This document shows, piece by piece, positions 28,980-37,443 of a stretch of DNA of 64,000 bases. Made by a program: the position numbers and the translations under genes. The number at the start of each line of letters is the position of its first letter. The stretch's first letter is position 1. Origin of the DNA: an uncultured Candidatus Saccharibacteria bacterium (GTDB lineage Bacteria; Patescibacteriota; Minisyncoccia; Phycocordibacterales; UBA918); the NCBI GenBank assembly GCA_964469295.1, contig CAYXYJ010000005.1:16086-80085 (forward strand), given 5' to 3'. The notes beneath the pieces were generated by a model, which was not told the origin of the DNA, ran no database searches, and saw nothing but the letters and a program-made list of their open reading frames with translations.

Positions 28980-29447
28980 ATGACTGGTTTCAGTAATGCC
29001 GGACTCAATCACAATGAGGCACGAACCGAGGAACAAAAGACACTCATGGCCAAAATCGAAGCTGATGGTGTCTGTCCGTTTTGTGAAGCACACTTTCGAC
29101 AATACCACCCCAAACCAATTCTGAAAGAAACCACTTCATGGTTTTTTACCGAGAACATGAGTCCATATGAAGGAACAACCTGTCACTTCATTTTTGTGTA
29201 CAAACCGAACCACATTACCCTTCCTTCAGAGCTCACTCCCGAAGCGCGTATAGAGTTATTTGACTTTGTTGATTGGGCAATACAGGAATACAACATTCTT
29301 GGCGGAAGTTTCTTTATGCGCTTTGGTGAAGGCGGCTACAACGGCAGTAGTGTTGAACACTTGCACGCTCATCTCATTTCTGGTGTAAAAACAGGCGACG
29401 ACACTGAGAGTTTAAAAGTAAAGTTAGGCTATAAAATAGTTACCTGA
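28980..29447 (+). CDS. HIT-family (Hint-like) protein
   Basis: CPFCE zinc-knuckle-like motif and the histidine triad HLHAHLI. 155 aa. Confidence 0.6.
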   Translation: MTGFSNAGLNHNEARTEEQKTLMAKIEADGVCPFCEAHFRQYHPKPILKETTSWFFTENMSPYEGTTCHFIFVYKPNHITLPSELTPEARIELFDFVDWAIQEYNILGGSFFMRFGEGGYNGSSVEHLHAHLISGVKTGDDTESLKVKLGYKIVT

Positions 29448-29511
29448 GTGAACCGCTGAACAAAATCAAGCGGTTTACTCTTCAGAAAATAGTGGTATTG
29501 TAGCGACGGAC

Positions 29512-30153
29512 TTGAAAAAACCTATGGGGGAGACTCTGATGTCTATCGATGTTCCACACGACCATGTGACAAACCTCCTGACCGAGGAAGATATGTTCTG
29601 TCTCGAGGGCTGCGGCAGCTATACGCAGTACCATCTCATGTGGCAAGGCTTTGAGCGCGGAAACTGTGCGTTCTGCCAACTCGACCGCAAACGGAATGAG
29701 GTACTCTGGGAGGACAAATATTTCATGCTCTGGGAAGTTCCGGCCGGAATCGGCAAAAAGCATCCGCTCGAGCATCATATTCTCATCGTGCCAAAACGCC
29801 ATGTGCGGTTCGTGGCCGATCTGATGTACAAAGAGGCCATATCACTTATCAAAGCCAATCGGTATGCGCGTGATATGCTCGGCTACTCGGGCGGCCTCAA
29901 CCACGCACGTGAGGGTGATATGCGGAACAATGCCGGTACGGTACCACATCTGCACTGGAACCTCTTCGAACCAGACGGTACCGCCGAAGTACGAGTCCCG
30001 GTACTCAAGAATCCAACTGATCGTGCTGAAATCCAGCTCCGATCCGCTCGTTTCGCGGCAATCTATGGATATGGCATCACGCCTGATGAATTCGTCACAA
30101 TGGTTGAAGAAGGCGTTATGAGCACAGACGGGCAGCGACTGCCAAAACCATAA
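29512..30153 (+). CDS. HIT-family (Hint-like) protein with N-terminal extension
   Basis: CAFCQL...EDKYFMLWEVPAGIGKKHPLEHHILIVPKRHV and the triad HLHWNLF. A paralog of the preceding gene. Confidence 0.6.
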   Translation: MKKPMGETLMSIDVPHDHVTNLLTEEDMFCLEGCGSYTQYHLMWQGFERGNCAFCQLDRKRNEVLWEDKYFMLWEVPAGIGKKHPLEHHILIVPKRHVRFVADLMYKEAISLIKANRYARDMLGYSGGLNHAREGDMRNNAGTVPHLHWNLFEPDGTAEVRVPVLKNPTDRAEIQLRSARFAAIYGYGITPDEFVTMVEEGVMSTDGQRLPKP

Positions 30154-30209
30154 ATTACGGCAAAAAGCCGAGGGGAAACAAGTTCCCCCTCGGCTTTCAT
30201 AACTTTATC

Positions 30210-31058
30210 TTAATTCAATCCCACCTGAATCAACTCCACCCCTTCCCCCTTTAAAAATTCATCTCCTTCGAGTACTGCATAACCCTTGAGGAAATAGACT
30301 TTTTTAATACCAGCTTTGGCAATAAGACGAGCACAATACGGGCATGGAAAATCAGTTACAAATAACTCTGCTCCTTCTGGTGAAATTCCTTTCTTTGCTG
30401 CCTCCGCAATGACACTTACTTCGGCATGCGCCGCAGTAACATAATTTATGTTTACACCTTTCTTGAAGAGGGCCCGAGTATCGCCATAGAAATTTGGCAG
30501 CTGCTCGTGGGGCATATGTTCGTTATGTCCCAACGCTATAACGTTCCCGTTTTTTACAAGTGCCGCGCCAACACTCCGCCACCAATCAGCGCTTTTGGTC
30601 GCTTCTTCTAAAACCTGATGAAACACTGTAGTCGTGAAAGCTGACAGATTATTGGATGACACCTCAGGCTCTTTGGTCTCGCCGAGATTCTCGCGATTCC
30701 AACGCAGGAACGCATTTTCGTAGTGTATATCTCGGCCGACAAGATATTTCTCGGCCAAAAAAGTGCTGATATCTTCTTTCGGCATCAAGACACTGTCAGT
30801 ACCAGCCACAATCTCAGACATGGTGTCGTCAGACAAAATAATCACTGGTATCTTGGTGTACTGAAGAAGTGCTTGTTGTATGTCTATGGCCGTTAGCGCA
30901 TGAAGGCTATTCTTCCTGACTAAATAATCAAATTCTTCTACCGGCCGCAGCCGCTCGAGATCAACTAAAAACAGTTTTGTAACTCCCTTCTCTTCAGCGG
31001 TACGAACGAAGTCAAGGTATCCCTTATGAATCACCGGGATGTGGCAAATGGCAATCAT
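30210..31058 (-). CDS. dCMP/CMP deaminase (zinc-binding, ComEB-like) fused to an N-terminal Rossmann/nucleotidyltransferase-like domain
   Basis: C-terminal HAEVSVIAEA...DFPCPYCARLIAKAGIKKVYF is the cytidine/deoxycytidylate deaminase signature. The N-terminal ~140 aa (IAICHIPVIHKGYLDF) resembles a HxGH nucleotidyltransferase fold. The start is taken at MIAICH. Confidence 0.7.
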   Translation of the reverse strand: MIAICHIPVIHKGYLDFVRTAEEKGVTKLFLVDLERLRPVEEFDYLVRKNSLHALTAIDIQQALLQYTKIPVIILSDDTMSEIVAGTDSVLMPKEDISTFLAEKYLVGRDIHYENAFLRWNRENLGETKEPEVSSNNLSAFTTTVFHQVLEEATKSADWWRSVGAALVKNGNVIALGHNEHMPHEQLPNFYGDTRALFKKGVNINYVTAAHAEVSVIAEAAKKGISPEGAELFVTDFPCPYCARLIAKAGIKKVYFLKGYAVLEGDEFLKGEGVELIQVGLN

Positions 31059-31059
31059 A

Positions 31060-31601
31060 TTAACCGTGGGCCAAGTCTTCTTCTTTGCCAATTTGAATCA
31101 TACGGAGTTTGGCACTGGTACTCGTCGTCGCTTGTGGTTCGAGGACAATTATCTCACCGCAGTACTGAGCCTTTTCATCCACTTCATCAGCCTTGTGGTC
31201 GGTTGACTCAGACACCACCAAAATATCTGGTTGCACCAGTTTGATAAGGTGATTACTTGGGTCATCAACATTTTTGAGAGTCACGACATCCACATGGCGG
31301 ACATGGGATAAGATGAGGACTCGTTCATTTTCTGGCACAATTGGTCGTTCTGGACCTTTGCGCTTTTTCACCCGCAGGTCGCTATCTACCCCTACAATAA
31401 GAACATCGCCTAATTCTTTTGCCTTTTCGAGGTACTGCGCATGTCCAATATGAAACAAATCAAAGGTACCCGAAGTCAGTACAATCTTGAGTCCAAGCTG
31501 CTTCCAAAGTGCGACTGATGTCTCGAGCTTATCGTGATCAGGGATATACCGATGATCAAAACTGGTTTTATCTCCAAAAATTCCTGCGTTTATGGCCATA
31601 T
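31060..31601 (-). CDS. Cytidylyltransferase-like protein (TagD/RfaE-domain-II family, HIGH-motif nucleotidyltransferase)
   Basis: LTSGTFDLFHIGHAQYLEKAKELGDVLIVGVDSD is very close to glycerol-3-phosphate cytidylyltransferase (GTFDLLHWGH). The ORF-track extension to 31869 overlaps folA on the opposite strand and is rejected. Confidence 0.65.
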
Positions 31602-31639
31602 ATGCGTGTCTTAATCGCCATAGTATACTAGGGCTTATT

Positions 31640-32152
31640 ATGGTACACAACATTCCCGTCGTCATCGTCGCCGCTATGGGCAAAAATACTCGTGTCATTG
31701 GTAACAACAATGGCTTGATTTGGCATGTACCAGCTGATATGAAGCGGTTTAAGGAACTAACAGCCGGAAAGCCTGTCATCATGGGCCGAAAAACCTTTGA
31801 ATCAATTGTGGCAATCCTCGGCAAACCACTCCCCGGCCGGACGAATATTGTGGTAACAAGAGACGCCACTTACCCTGCTCCAGAGAGTGTCCTCGTCGCC
31901 ACTGATTTAGAGACCGCTTTTAGAATGGCGGCCGACGAAAATCCGTCAGAAATTCATATCGGTGGCGGTGCCGAACTCTATCGTCAAGCCCTGCCTTATA
32001 CTGATTTCCTTCACCTCACTTTTTTCCACGACGATACGGACGGTGATACAACATTTCCTGAATTTGCCGATGAATTCTCCGAAACGTCACGTAGTGACGT
32101 ACAGAATCACGATGGATTAAATTTTGAGTGGGTGGATTTTGTCCGCAAGTAA
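31640..32152 (+). CDS. folA: Dihydrofolate reductase
   Basis: IPVVIVAAMGKNTRVIGNNNGLIW...MGRKTFESI...GRTNIVVTRD matches DHFR. The start is taken at MVHN. Confidence 0.85.
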   Translation: MVHNIPVVIVAAMGKNTRVIGNNNGLIWHVPADMKRFKELTAGKPVIMGRKTFESIVAILGKPLPGRTNIVVTRDATYPAPESVLVATDLETAFRMAADENPSEIHIGGGAELYRQALPYTDFLHLTFFHDDTDGDTTFPEFADEFSETSRSDVQNHDGLNFEWVDFVRK

Positions 32153-32157
32153 CCGAA

Positions 32158-32186
32158 GAGCCCGGCACCAAAGGTGCCGGGCTCTG
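32158..32186. terminator. Bidirectional terminator hairpin (gagcccggcaccaaaggtgccgggctc)
   Basis: 10-bp GC-rich stem with T-rich flanks. Lies between folA and the convergent cassette. Confidence 0.6.
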
Positions 32187-32205
32187 CTATTTCTTTCACC
32201 CTAGA

Positions 32206-32988
32206 TTACTGTGATCCGAGCGACAATAACTCAGTACGTAGTACCGTAGTCCACACTGTCGCCAAGGTTGGCCATTCAATGACCAGGGCATCGAGCTTTG
32301 GTACTTGGTTCCTGAGAACATGGTCAATCATGGTTTCTTGATGATTGCGAAGACCGCGCTGATATCCTTCAACGGCCGACATCAGATAATCGAGTCGTTC
32401 CGTCAACTCAAAGATGATAGCTTCGCGCTGACAATGCTTGGAGAGGGCCTGTACCACCACTTGATCTCGACTAGCCATGCCCGACCACAATTGTGGTTTA
32501 CGCACATACTGCAGTAGAAATGCGTGCATAAATTGATGGGAAAAAGCCGGATCTGTCCACTGCATCATTTCTGCCACTGCGAGATACTCTCTAAGCTCTT
32601 TATCGGGCGTCTTATTACCCGCATGCTCATCTCCGCCTGACAATGGTTCACCTTGATCATGACACTGAATCGCTTGCGTGAGCAATAGCCAGTCCAGCGA
32701 TGGGATCGCTATTTTACTCTGTACCCACATCAGCACGTATGGGATTGAGTTGTTATGGGCCAAAAGTGTCTGCCCGTAGGTCGGAAAATTGCCCCATCGC
32801 CCCACATCGGCCATCGGTTTCTGAGCATTTCGCCACGGCAGCATGAGACCGCCAAAAGGATCGTCTTGCATTTTTCTTCTCCCTAAACGAATCCAGGCGG
32901 CAGAGTAACAAAAAACTGACTCAATTGCAAAAAATACGAAAACGCCCGACGCGATGCGCCGGGCGGGTGATGTGGAGAGTCTCCGCAC
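32206..32988 (-). CDS. Hypothetical protein, second gene of a GC-shifted two-gene cassette
   Basis: 260 aa (or about 222 aa from MQDDPFGG). Contains RGLRNHQE, a possible HEPN-like Rx4H. No confident family assignment. Confidence 0.45.
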   Translation of the reverse strand: MRRLSTSPARRIASGVFVFFAIESVFCYSAAWIRLGRRKMQDDPFGGLMLPWRNAQKPMADVGRWGNFPTYGQTLLAHNNSIPYVLMWVQSKIAIPSLDWLLLTQAIQCHDQGEPLSGGDEHAGNKTPDKELREYLAVAEMMQWTDPAFSHQFMHAFLLQYVRKPQLWSGMASRDQVVVQALSKHCQREAIIFELTERLDYLMSAVEGYQRGLRNHQETMIDHVLRNQVPKLDALVIEWPTLATVWTTVLRTELLSLGSQ

Positions 32989-33002
32989 AAGACGTCATCC
33001 AG

Positions 33003-33473
33003 TTAGGCTACCGCGACTTCCGGTTGCCAGGTAGATTGGATGTGTTCGATAGCATCAACGTGTCGGGTCGTTATCTGACTCGCCAGTGGCTGGTCGGAGT
33101 CAAGCGCTCGCAACCCGAGCGATAGGAACCGGGTATCGTTCGGGTTAAAAACGCCGTCCGCCACGACAAAATGTCGTGAATAACGAGCGCTTCCGTCCAC
33201 AAAGAGCGACCCCACGTACGTCAGACGATACGCCGTCATCCAGCCCCCGTCGATCCGGTTGAAGAGATACTCCGCCCGCGACACCGGATGATGGGTAGGA
33301 ATGAGGTTCGGCGTCATTTCTCGCACCCGGGCATTGACTACCCGATCGTTAAATACAAACCACGTGTCCGGCTGTTGGTATCCCAACAACACCAGATGTG
33401 AGTTGCGACGCCATTGTACCCGCGTCGAACGCAGTCCAAAAATTGAACTGCCAAATTTGACTTTTTGCAGCAT
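33003..33473 (-). CDS. Hypothetical protein, first gene of the cassette
   Basis: 157 aa from MLQKVKFGSS, with an AAAGGGG RBS 6 nt upstream. The ORF track extends it to 33527. 15-nt spacing to the next gene. No domain recognised. Confidence 0.45.
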   Translation of the reverse strand: MLQKVKFGSSIFGLRSTRVQWRRNSHLVLLGYQQPDTWFVFNDRVVNARVREMTPNLIPTHHPVSRAEYLFNRIDGGWMTAYRLTYVGSLFVDGSARYSRHFVVADGVFNPNDTRFLSLGLRALDSDQPLASQITTRHVDAIEHIQSTWQPEVAVA

Positions 33474-33578
33474 GCTGCCCCTTTCTTCTTTTCTATTGGA
33501 ACCATCTAATTCCCTACGACGAGCCACTCCTTGGTTTCTTACATATTATGCATCGCGGCGGTAGGTAAACACAAAAAC

Positions 33579-33605
33579 ACCCCGTACGGGGTGTTTTTGT
33601 GTTTG
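33579..33605. terminator. Bidirectional terminator hairpin (aaaaacaccccgtacggggtgttttt)
   Basis: Lies between the rplK 3' end and the cassette promoter region. Confidence 0.65.
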
Positions 33606-33615
33606 GGAAGATTGA

Positions 33616-34044
33616 TTACTCAATCACCTTGATACCCATAGATCGGGCGGTACCTTCGATACTCTTCATTGCAGTGTCAATCGACGCAGCGGTGAGGTCA
33701 ACTGCTTTCATTTCCGCAATTTCGCGGACCTGTGCGCGAGTAATCGTGCCAGCTTGCGAGGTGCCTGGCTTCTGTGAGCCTTTATCTTTACCAATCTTTT
33801 TCAAGATCAGGCGAGACGCTGGAGATGTCTTGAGGATAAACGTGAATGAACGGTCGTCAAACACGGAAATTTCTGCCGGCACCACTTCACCCATACGTTC
33901 TCCGCGAGTTTGTTCGTTAAATTGGTTAACGAATTCACCGATGTTGATACCGGCTTGTCCAAGTACTGGCCCAAGTGGTGGAGCGGGAGTCGCTTTTCCA
34001 CCAACAGCTTGAACCTTGATTTTCTTTACGAGTTTCTTTGCCAT
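33616..34044 (-). CDS. rplK: 50S ribosomal protein L11
   Basis: KVQAVGGKATPAPPLGPVLGQAGINI...PGTSQAGTITRAQVREIAE is the L11 signature. Confidence 0.95.
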   Translation of the reverse strand: MAKKLVKKIKVQAVGGKATPAPPLGPVLGQAGINIGEFVNQFNEQTRGERMGEVVPAEISVFDDRSFTFILKTSPASRLILKKIGKDKGSQKPGTSQAGTITRAQVREIAEMKAVDLTAASIDTAMKSIEGTARSMGIKVIE

Positions 34045-34161
34045 GGTTTTAGATTGAAATAATTAACACATATGCCAACGTTCGTGTTTTCCATAGCCAC
34101 GATAGCCAGCTTTTAGAAGCTCTCGCAGTATACAAGAAAACCGTCATTTTGCAACCTATCC

Positions 34162-34707
34162 TTACACCTTCTTAATCTGCAGGAAATCGAGTTCAACCGG
34201 CGTTTCCCGCCCAAACATCGCCACAAGCACTTTTACCTTACCTGACTTCTCATCCACTTCACCCACCTTTCCTTCGAGGTCTTTGAATGGTCCATCGACA
34301 ATAGTTACCAAATCACCAGCCGAAAGATCAACTTTGTGGGTTGGCGTATCGTCAGACATTTGTCGCATCAGGGCTTTGTATTCAGCTTCTGAAAGCGGAA
34401 CTGGCTGGGTACCAGAACCAACGAAACCAGTTACTCGCGGCGTATTTCGCACGACATACCATGATTCATCATCAACAATCATTTCGACAAGCACGTACCC
34501 CGGAAACAAATTTTCTTCTTCGGTCACACGCTTACCGCCTTTGACGCGAATCTTCTTTTCTGACGGTACCACGACATTAAAAATTTTCTCCGTCATATTG
34601 AGGGAATCAATGCGTTGACGTAAATTACGAGCGACGGCATTTTCGTACCCAGAGTAGGTATGAATAGCGTACCAATTGCGTTCACCAGTTGAATGTTGCT
34701 TTGCCAT
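34162..34707 (-). CDS. nusG: Transcription termination/antitermination factor NusG
   Basis: NGN domain (WYAIHTYSGYENAV) plus a C-terminal KOW (GDLVTIVDGPFKDLEGKVGEVD). Confidence 0.9.
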   Translation of the reverse strand: MAKQHSTGERNWYAIHTYSGYENAVARNLRQRIDSLNMTEKIFNVVVPSEKKIRVKGGKRVTEEENLFPGYVLVEMIVDDESWYVVRNTPRVTGFVGSGTQPVPLSEAEYKALMRQMSDDTPTHKVDLSAGDLVTIVDGPFKDLEGKVGEVDEKSGKVKVLVAMFGRETPVELDFLQIKKV

Positions 34708-34712
34708 AAAAC

Positions 34713-34901
34713 CTAGAAAGCGTTAATAATAAAATCGATACCTGACGTAAATACAAAGTCTGTTAACGCCACAAATACGGTAACGAGCGCCGAAATACCA
34801 ATAACGAGTGCTGTATACATGAGCGCTTGGTTTTGTGTTGGCCATTTAACATGCTTCATTTCCGCAATAGTAGCGCGGATATATCGTGATAGGCGATCCA
34901 T
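34713..34901 (-). CDS. secE: Preprotein translocase subunit SecE
   Basis: 62 aa, a single TM helix, conserved secE-nusG-rplK order. Confidence 0.85.
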   Translation of the reverse strand: MDRLSRYIRATIAEMKHVKWPTQNQALMYTALVIGISALVTVFVALTDFVFTSGIDFIINAF

Positions 34902-34999
34902 AATAATAAGTATAACGTAAATAAACCCAAAATAAAAACGCCGCGAGGGCGATGTAGACAGACTATACTCCCCTCCCGAGGGAATGTCAACAAAGCGGG

Positions 35000-35030
35000 C
35001 GGCCCGTAGGGCCGCCCGCTTTGTTGTACC
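35000..35030. terminator. Terminator hairpin (aagcgggcggccctacgggccgcccgcttt)
   Basis: Perfect 12-bp GC stem between the SIMPL gene and secE. Confidence 0.55.
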
Positions 35031-35042
35031 CGCTGATCAAAT

Positions 35043-35825
35043 TTATTTAATCTCGTAGGTCAAATTCACTCGACTCGTGACAGTATTTTCACCAGTTGGC
35101 ACCACCGCTGCCGGAGACGTTTCGTTTTTGGCAGACATCGCCATATCAGCACCCATACCATAATACGGTGTGTACGGTTGATCTTCATAATAACTCGTCA
35201 TATCCCCCAATCGTACCCCAAGTTCTTTTGCCAAAACCTCTGCTTGCTTTTTGGCGTCAGCAATTGCGAGAGCTCGAGCTTCAGCTTTTAAGGCATCTTC
35301 GTCATCAATGGTAAACCCAAGTCCACTGACGTCGGTTACCCCTTTGTCTCCCACGCCAGACAATAACGTTCCGGCTTTGTTGGTATCACGTACTTTGACC
35401 GCAACATACTGGTATACCTCAAATCCAGTTTGCACTGGATCGCCTGGTGGACAATACATTCCCATCGCACATGGTCGTTCGTTATAACTATATTTTGGAT
35501 TTAAATTATATCCGGTCGTTTTTATATCTTTTTCTTCTACTCCTTCACTGCCCAAATACGCGGTTACCGCAGTCATGATCTCGGTGGCTTTGGTTTGTGC
35601 AGTGGTGGCATCCGTACCTTCAGCCTTCACGGTAAACGTGAACGTGGCAATGTCTGGTGTCGCTGTCACCTCACCATTACCAATAACGTTGATGGTGGTT
35701 GGACCCCATTGTGGCATTGCGTCGAGAGTTTTATAAGCATAGCTACCAAGTGCAACGACAATTGCCACCAACACTAAAGTCACCAACGTCCGATTAAGTT
35801 TTGAATCAAATAATGGTTGAAACAT
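35043..35825 (-). CDS. SIMPL-domain (DUF541) secreted/membrane-anchored protein
   Basis: N-terminal TM helix, then a domain with FTFTVKAEGTDA...A.EIM.AV...G....DIKTTGY...P.Y, typical of the SIMPL/26-kDa periplasmic immunogenic family. Confidence 0.55.
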   Translation of the reverse strand: MFQPLFDSKLNRTLVTLVLVAIVVALGSYAYKTLDAMPQWGPTTINVIGNGEVTATPDIATFTFTVKAEGTDATTAQTKATEIMTAVTAYLGSEGVEEKDIKTTGYNLNPKYSYNERPCAMGMYCPPGDPVQTGFEVYQYVAVKVRDTNKAGTLLSGVGDKGVTDVSGLGFTIDDEDALKAEARALAIADAKKQAEVLAKELGVRLGDMTSYYEDQPYTPYYGMGADMAMSAKNETSPAAVVPTGENTVTSRVNLTYEIK

Positions 35826-35835
35826 ACCAAAAAAA

Positions 35836-36774
35836 TTACCGTAAATACTTGTTAATAATAGTCCGGATCCAAGTGCTAATTGTCCCGGTTTCACCACACG
35901 TCGCCACCAAGGCGGCCGTATCAGCTGGTGAAAGGGTCAAGGGTTCTGGTTGATCCTCCATTAAATAATACATGATGGATTGATTTCCCTCAACGTGATT
36001 AATGTCGAGTGCATGACCCAATTCATGCGCTAATACAGTCGTTAATTCATTTTCACTCGTAAAGGTGTAAATAGTGATGATACCGTCACGATAATCACCT
36101 TGGGTAAATTCAGAGGTCTCACTAAACTGATCATTGTACGTTTTGACGCCAGCGTTATATTGCCGAATCAATTCGTTCCCTTTTTCTCCCAAATCATTAA
36201 TAGAATCAGCCAAAGCTGCCAACGCAGTGCCTTCAGCTTCAATAGTTTTAGCGTGAGTATCCAGCGATCGCTTAGTGGCTTCAAGTCGAAGAAACACCTC
36301 TGGAGGAGCTCCACCAATATCGTTATATGATGCCACTTCAGTATTGTAAACAGCTAAATCAGCTTCGTACGTTGCCACCAGCGATTGATGTCGTTCGCGC
36401 TTGACGTCATATTCGGCTACCAGTTTCTCATATTCAAGTTGCAGTGATTCTGAAGTGTGTTCTTTTACATCTAATGAATCTCTTAGTGATCCTTCAGCCA
36501 GAAAACGTTCGTGACGCTCATCAAAGACAAATTGAATCTGTATATCAGCCGTTGTCCCTGATGCCGCCTGAGAAAATAAATCACGACCGGCGGCTGCTTC
36601 CCAAGCGGTGATTGCCGCATCAATAGAAGATGCAGCAGATTCTGGTTTTAGATTAAACCGACCATCAATGGGCGCAATGCTGTATGTCAATGGCACAGCA
36701 CAATACCGCCCCACGGTGGCATACCAATAGAACGATGCAGTTACTATCAACAATAAAATGAGTGTTCTGGTCAT
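35836..36774 (-). CDS. Membrane-anchored zinc metalloprotease (metzincin/matrixin-like, HELGHALDINH)
   Basis: TM helix, a long coiled-coil, and a C-terminal HExxHxxxxxH motif followed by a Met-turn-like MYY. The ORF extends to 36894. Confidence 0.55.
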   Translation of the reverse strand: MTRTLILLLIVTASFYWYATVGRYCAVPLTYSIAPIDGRFNLKPESAASSIDAAITAWEAAAGRDLFSQAASGTTADIQIQFVFDERHERFLAEGSLRDSLDVKEHTSESLQLEYEKLVAEYDVKRERHQSLVATYEADLAVYNTEVASYNDIGGAPPEVFLRLEATKRSLDTHAKTIEAEGTALAALADSINDLGEKGNELIRQYNAGVKTYNDQFSETSEFTQGDYRDGIITIYTFTSENELTTVLAHELGHALDINHVEGNQSIMYYLMEDQPEPLTLSPADTAALVATCGETGTISTWIRTIINKYLR

Positions 36775-37012
36775 ATCATCCCACCAATACTTCCAGTATA
36801 CCAAAGGAGATAGCGAACGGTAACGATGCAAAAAGCGATGCTCGGCGGGGACCATGTCGTCGCGAAACATAGTCCCTGCCCAACATCGCTTCAACCTTAC
36901 CCCCTATCATACATGAGATAAGAAACTTCTAGGGGTACATATCCACTGCTACTATTTACACGACACAAGCATTATGTTAAAACACCTTCACATAGCACCG
37001 AAAGGATGAGAG

Positions 37013-37381
37013 ATGAGCACCTTGACGCAAGACCAGACATTTTTGGCGATGGTCAATAGGAGTATTACTGAAACTAATTTGACCAATTTCAATACCACCA
37101 AAGACGATACCTTGCCGAAATTGGTGTCAGCCTTTTGCGCTCTGGAAAAACCAATTCAAATCACTAGCTTCAAGTCCTTGCGCCAACGTCGCTATCGAAA
37201 ACATAGCGAAAACATCAAATTGGTATACATCCTATTTGCGTTGGCCACCCAGCTAAAATTGATGCAGCCAAATACGTGTCGTTTGTTGTGGCGGATGTGG
37301 GAGCATCATTGGATGGAATACGGATTTTGCGATTTTATACTTGAAGCATTACGTGAGTTGACGTTTGTTGAAATGCGGTGA
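37013..37381 (+). CDS. Hypothetical protein
   Basis: 122 aa, a good RBS (AAGGATGAGAG then ATG), and a terminator downstream. Confidence 0.4.
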   Translation: MSTLTQDQTFLAMVNRSITETNLTNFNTTKDDTLPKLVSAFCALEKPIQITSFKSLRQRRYRKHSENIKLVYILFALATQLKLMQPNTCRLLWRMWEHHWMEYGFCDFILEALRELTFVEMR

Positions 37382-37407
37382 AAAACTCACCGGCCCGACC
37401 GAAAAGC

Positions 37408-37440
37408 CCGCCGATACGCGAGCGTATCGGCGGGCTTTTC
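37408..37440. terminator. Bidirectional terminator hairpin (aaaagcccgccgatacgcgagcgtatcggcgggctttt)
   Basis: 15-bp stem, sitting between the convergent genes. Confidence 0.7.
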
Positions 37441-37443
37441 CTA

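Noticed and set aside
31602-31869. N-terminal 90-aa extension of the cytidylyltransferase ORF (31060..31869)
   Set aside because: The extension overlaps folA on the opposite strand and has no nucleotidyltransferase features. An internal M at 31601 begins the conserved domain.
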